A DNA stretch of 64,000 bases from the human T2T-CHM13v2.0 reference genome, Homo sapiens. The position numbers and the translations under genes were made by a program. The stretch's first letter is position 1; each line of letters opens with the position of its first letter. The notes under the pieces were generated by a model that saw only the letters and a program-made list of their open reading frames with translations, had not been told where the DNA came from and ran no database searches. Shown here piece by piece: positions 58,141 to 64,000 of this stretch. The stretch lies in NCBI RefSeq assembly GCF_009914755.1, contig NC_060933.1; one strand, 5' to 3'.

Positions 58141-58242
58141 CAAAATAAAAATACACATAGAATTATGAAAATATAGGTTTACTATTTCCACCACGTAGGT
58201 TGATGCTGCTGTTGAAAGGCTTACAAACTGTTTTTCAAGTTT

Positions 58243-58344
58243 TTAAAGCTCATCTCGATCCCTCAATAGAGTATACCTATATTCACTGGGTGCTAGTTTC
58301 TGGAAGGAGCTCTCAGGTGGACTGCTTGCTACATCTTGGGCTTG
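58243..58344 (-). CDS. ERP44: ERp44 last exon, coding part (QAQDVASSPPESSFQKLAPSEYRYTLLRDRDEL*), regulatory C-tail with RDEL retrieval signal
   Basis: On the minus strand: ttctttcttttgtag acceptor, 33 codons + TAA, ends RDEL. In frame with the preceding exon. Confidence 0.97.
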   Translation of the reverse strand, partial: QAQDVASSPPESSFQKLAPSEYRYTLLRDRDEL

Positions 58345-58919
58345 CTACAAAAGAAAGAATAAAACATTTTTATACCAATATAGTTTATGGTGCTATAATA
58401 TTTTAATAAGTGTATTCGATGAATAGTAGTTCCCCTATAATTATTTGCTTATTAATCAATAAAAGCAACTGTGTGCCAAAGCAAGATATTTAAATGTGAA
58501 ATCTTGCTTTCCTCATTTCAAATGCTCTTATTGAGATTCTCCAGGGCAGGGTTGCCACAGGGCCATTAACTGTGGGCTTGTTTTACATTTGCTGAGGTGT
58601 GGTGGAAGGGACCAAAATACCTGACACCTGGGTGCTTTCCTAGACTAGTCGACAGAGACAGCACAACCCTAGGTTGGCCCAAACCCTTCCCTTCTGCACG
58701 TGACTGCTAAGAGAATTAATGGCATCCACTCTGTAGATATTATCTTAGTTATCAATTACCAGGATACCAGAAATTATTACAACTTAGTTGAAATAAAGAG
58801 GAAAGCAAACACTTCAATGCTGAAAGAAATTAATTTCTGTAGTATTTTACTTGTGTACCAAGAGCAGACAAAAATACACAGTGAAACGAGCTATTTCCAA
58901 GAATTTTAAAGAAAAGGCA

Positions 58920-59205
<286 letters not shown>

Positions 59206-60596
59206 GAAAAGGCAGTGCAGTCTATCCTCTATTTCCAAATTGTGACCTCAAGAGCAGGCCTGATTGTTCTCCTCATTTTAATATCCCCTGTAGTTGACAT
59301 AGGCACACAGTGCATATATTACATACTATATGTAATGGCACATTAATTCTAACAGGAAGCAATGTGTCTACAAACTTATCATTTGACTTTATCATGTTCC
59401 TCTTTCCCAATACATTTTTAATTTTTTCAGTGAGATATATGTTTGGATTAAGCTGAAATAAGCTGAAATTAATTATATTACTATAAAACAAACATTTATT
59501 TGGTGCCCTCTGTTAGTACACAAAGATGAACAAATGTAAGTTCACTGTCTAATGAGGAAATTGAAACAAATCAGGATAATACAATAACGGTAAATGACAT
59601 CTTTTCCTAATCTGATAAAATACTATGCAGGCCTTCTTTTCTGAGGAAAATAATCACCTTTGGGTTATAGCCAACAAGTTTGCCTCCTATAGTTGTTAAT
59701 TATCAAAAATCTGACCTAATTTTTAAAGGAAAAAGCATGTTGTTGGATTCCTATAGGGAATTCTTGCCTCTGAACCTAATCTCACTCTTAAATAAGGTAA
59801 AGAAAAACTCAGTTTTTATTTTCCTTTTATAAATAGAGGTTTTATAGGCAAAATAATGGATTTAAGTTCTGAGCATATGAAATAGAGGGTTTTGGTACAT
59901 ATCTTCCCTCTCGGTATCATGGTAATAGGCATGATAGAAATCATAATCTATCAAAATGCAAACTTAGGGCTGTTTAGTACAGTAGGAACATAGAAATTAC
60001 TTGTAACAGAAGTTACAAGGTGGAAACAGTAAAATTCTCAGGTAAAAAAAAACATAAAAGAACATAAAATTTTGATAAAATAGTTGTCAAGTATTCTAAA
60101 TCACAAATGGGAAAGCTGCATTAAACTGTAAGGTTTTGAGCATTATGAATAGTGTATTTGTGAAGGCTCTTAGAATGATTTAGCAAGAATAACAAATCAT
60201 TACTTTCTTTATAGTGTGGTCAATCTTCCAGCCACAGAGGAAGGCTTGGATAGTTATTGGAATCCACTGATTTCTTCACTGATTTATCTGCTTTAGATTC
60301 CTATTTCCTATTCCCATTTGAAGCCAACTATATTTAACTGTTATAGCCATATTCCACAGAGGTCACATCAGAACACTTTTATACAATCAAGAAACTACGT
60401 TATAATATTCTTTCAACTTTTCTGAAGACCTAAAGCTTTAAAAATTAATTTAAAAGGTTAATTTCTACTCAGAATTTCTCTACACAAATATTCAGAAGCT
60501 GAAGCTCAAGCTGATGCAAGAACTTCAGACCCTCTTTGAGGCTAACTGAAAAAGGGAAAAAAAGAGTTCTCATTGAAAAATAAACAGGAGTCCTAC

Positions 60597-60699
60597 CTCT
60601 CCTGGGGCTGTATCAGTTGGGTCAGGTCCATGATGGAATTCTCTGTGCAGTTTTCCAGAATGTAAGTCAAATACGAATTGCTTGAGTTTTCCAGGAATT
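60597..60699 (-). CDS. ERP44: ERp44 penultimate exon (IPGKLKQFVFDLHSGKLHREFHHGPDPTDTAPGE), His cluster
   Basis: On the minus strand: ttttag acceptor, 103 nt, GAG|gtagga donor. Peptide matches recalled ERp44, including the zinc/pH-sensing His cluster LHSGKLHREFHH. Confidence 0.96.
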
Positions 60700-63059
60700 C
60701 TAAAACCAGAGTCAAATAAAATGTAAACTGTTAAAATGGACTTATCTCTATTTTACCAACTTCACAGTATTAAAAAAACTTTTGCTAACCTATAGTCCCA
60801 CCATCCTACCACAACTATTGCAGGCCAGGTATGTGTGAAACATTTTTACACAGTTGTAAGCATAGTATCCAGATACTCAGTTTTGTATTCTAATTCCTGT
60901 ACTTGTTTCATAGAAAAATTTCCATGCTTATCATTAAGGCACATTATAGTCTATCAAGATGCTGTACCCCAAATTAACCATTTTTTATTAATGGGCACTT
61001 TATATATTTTCCTAAATTACATATATGTAACTAAAAAAAAACTTTGTTCTGCAACATCACACTAAAAATAACAGGGCTCAAGGGAAAAATAGTTAGGGGC
61101 TAACCACTGAAAACTATGCAGCTTTGTAACCAAAGCACTACTGCGAACCTATAACAAAAATATTAGCACCATCCAATGTCCACCACCATTTAAACCTAGT
61201 GTCAACCAGGTGATCCTCTGCAGCCTTAACGTAAAGCTTGTGAGCCTACTTTTGAGGTTCGGGTCCTTAAGGGCCTTCACTAGACAGTGAAACCAATTTC
61301 ATCAAATTAACCTGAACCAGGGCATAGCATTTTCATGTTTTTTTTCCTAAACATAGAGGCAAATGTCTTCATAATGTCTTCAAACCACACATGCAACTTC
61401 ATTGGATAGCTTAATATTGTGAAAAGCAAAGCACTTCTCAAGATCATTAAACTAGCTTTTATTTACACTAACAAGGGGACTTCCCCAGGATTTTCAGTTG
61501 TTTTGTTTTGGAGATCTTCATACACCCTTGCGGCATTCTCTTTACGAAAAAGCTTATTCTGATGGCTTCAGGATATTCTGAGGATAATGATATATAAACT
61601 GACACAACTTCACTTTCTATGGACACTATTCTCTTAATTACCAATCATGTATGAGCAAATCTGCAGCACAGAAACAATGCACTGTAGCAGACACCACCAT
61701 ACTGAGCTAAACAAATTTATGTACCAGGCTTTCTTCTTTGTAATATTTCCTTGAGTTATATACAATAAAGTAGGATTACTGGGTTAACAAATAAGAGCTT
61801 TTGACCAAGTGTGAGCAAATTATACCTATAAAACATCAGTTGGTTTTTACTATCTGTCTACCTGTTTGTTCTTTAAAGTCTTGCCAAGCATGTCTTTTTT
61901 AAATTAAAATTGGTTTTGCTAATTTGATAAGTAAAAGATACCTGCATTTTAATTTACATTTCTTCACAAATTAAGCATTTTTTTCATTGCTTGTCTGAAT
62001 TTATATCTCTGCTCATACGAATTGTCTGCCTTCTGAGATCTTGGTGCTTTAAAAAATTAATTATATATTTTAAATAGAAACACTTTTTCATTCTGTTACA
62101 AGAATTAAAATGCAGGTCCATATACACTTTAATTCCTTGGGTAGAATTGATTGACTTTTAAAATCATTATTTTTTTGGTAGCAAACAATAGCTGGCTTGT
62201 AGTTAATATTACCAGTTTCTTTTACTTTTTATCCTCTCTTGAGGTCCCGGAAGTGCTGTTTCTTCCCTTCAATAACTCCCACTGAGATGTACCAACCAAT
62301 AACTTCATTGTATACCCATTTTGGCTCCCCACTAGCTCCAATGCAACAGAGACCAGCAGGTGCCAAATGCACAGTTTACAAATACAAATGACTGTCAGGT
62401 AGCTGTATTGACAGAATGCCTCTGAAAGGTTCTCTGGTGCTGAAGTAATTGCACATGCACCAGAGATAAACATTGAGAGGAGATCAATTTAAATTTAATC
62501 TGACATCATCTACTGTCACCCACAGCAAGTGCTAAAATATATCCATTCAATCCATAGCATTGCAAATGGGGTCTATAATGTTTAAGATAAAGCCTCTGCT
62601 AGTTTGTTTTATGAGGGCCAAAGATTATCACAACTAATACAGTATGAACTGCTTCTGCTAGTCAAGAAATAATTTATGATTAAATCTTAAATGTGAGAAA
62701 TTCATGAAAACACTCAAAACACATTTTTCCAAGCTGATTTTTTTCCACTGTCAACAGATGAAAGAATGTGTGCAAAAGGAAAAGACGAGAGATAGGATGA
62801 ATCTGAACTGATGCAGTAGAAAAATAGATTATAAAAGAGCTCTTATCTAGCTTGTGGCCAGAAACTATCCATCATTATTAAGAAGTAACATTCAGTGAAT
62901 CAACACTAAATTGTCAAGAAAATAGACTACGTGGTAATCTCCTAAACAGGAAAATAAATGGGCCCTTGCCATAATAAATAAAATTATATATATCACGCTT
63001 TAGGGCAAAATTGTTCTAATTAGAACACCTAAGTGTTTCCCATCCTCCAGTTACTTTTT

Positions 63060-64000
63060 TGTTTATTTACAATTCTTTATTTTTAGGTGACACAAAATTT
63101 TGACATAGTGAAATGCACAAATGTTAAGTGTATGAACAAACTTTGACAAATGAATACAAGGTAATACGTATTTTTATTTCTTAAAATTTACATACAGCAG
63201 AATTCACTTTTTTAGGCTTAAGTTTTATGAGTTTTAACATGTGCATAGCATTTTGCTACCAGCTTCTCAAATCAGGTACAGAACAATTCCAACACCCTTT
63301 TTAAGTCAGACTCTTCCATTTCCCATAACCCCTGGCAACTGTTGACCTTCTATGTTGTCATTTCTAGAAAATCATACAACATGTAATTATAAGAATGGCT
63401 TTTTTTTTTCACTTGGCATTATTGCATTTGGGATTCAGCCATTTTTGTATGTATAAAAAGATCTGTTCCTGTATCCATTGCTGAACAGTATTTCCCATTG
63501 AGTAGATACACAATTAGTTTATCCATTCAAGGACATTCAAGTTCTTTCCAGATTTTGGTGATTATGAACAATACTGCTACAAACATTTGTGCACAAGTTT
63601 TTGTGAACTTTGTCTAGAATAAATGCCAGGTTATATGGTAGGTATATGTCTTACTTTTGAAGAAACTGCCAAACTGTTTTCTAGAGTGACTGTATCATGT
63701 TGTAATCCACCAGCAATGTATGAAACTTCCAGTTGTTCCACATCCTCATGAATACCTTGTATTATCAGTATTTTAATTTAGGCATTCTAAAAAATATATA
63801 CTAATGATGTTGAGCACCCTTCACATGTGTTTATCTGCCATCCCTATATCTTCTTTACATTCTATCAGTATCTTTCACAGAACAAAAGTTTTTAATTTGA
63901 TGAAGACCAATTTATAAATGATTTCCTTTTATGGATAGTGCTTTTGATACTCTAAGAACTCTCTGTGAAACCCCAGGTCATAAAGAGTTTCTCCTATGTT
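63060..64000 (-). mobile_element. Old L1M 3' end fragment in an ERP44 intron
   Basis: gaagaaactgccaaactgttttctagagtgactgtatc...ccaccagcaatgtatga...gttgttccacatcctc. Confidence 0.75.

Larger units (their letters stand above)
54810..58242 (-). other. ERP44: ERP44 3' UTR (long form)
   Basis: Downstream of the TAA on the minus strand. Minus-strand AATAAA at 54830-54835. End point approximate. Confidence 0.6.

Noticed and set aside
44289-58257. Both convergent genes end in ER-retrieval signals (KKCS and RDEL)
   Set aside because: Both motifs are known. Adjacency gives no evidence of a shared system.
59310-59341. Small AT-rich hairpin attacata-cta-tatgtaat
   Set aside because: Too short and AT-rich for a pre-miRNA or snoRNA call.

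Overview
Human genomic DNA, recognised from its translations as the STX17/ERP44 locus (9q31 from recall). The + strand carries the 3' part of syntaxin-17: coding exons 3-8 (residues 42-302), all GT-AG and phase-consistent, then a ~5.9 kb 3' UTR. The - strand carries the last two coding exons and 3' UTR of ERP44 (ending RDEL). The genes converge with a ~4.6 kb gap. Most of the rest is transposon debris: ~19 Alus including a young AluYb8, an L1PA2/3-type 3' fragment with intact ORF2 C-terminus, old L1M, L2, MIR and MER DNA-transposon relics. Nearly all ORFs in the supplied track are repeat-derived or spurious. I found no convincing new biological system, RNA gene or CRISPR-like array. The best leads concern splicing and regulation: (1) in-frame tandem acceptors over the STX17 zero-layer glutamine; (2) a cryptic acceptor plus sense-L1 poly(A) signals that could give a SNARE-less STX17; (3) candidate poison exons; (4) an Alu hairpin beside exon 5; (5) the human counterpart of the horse Grey intron-6 enhancer. 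Exon numbers, residue numbers and repeat subfamilies come from recall, not database searches. Repeat boundaries are approximate.
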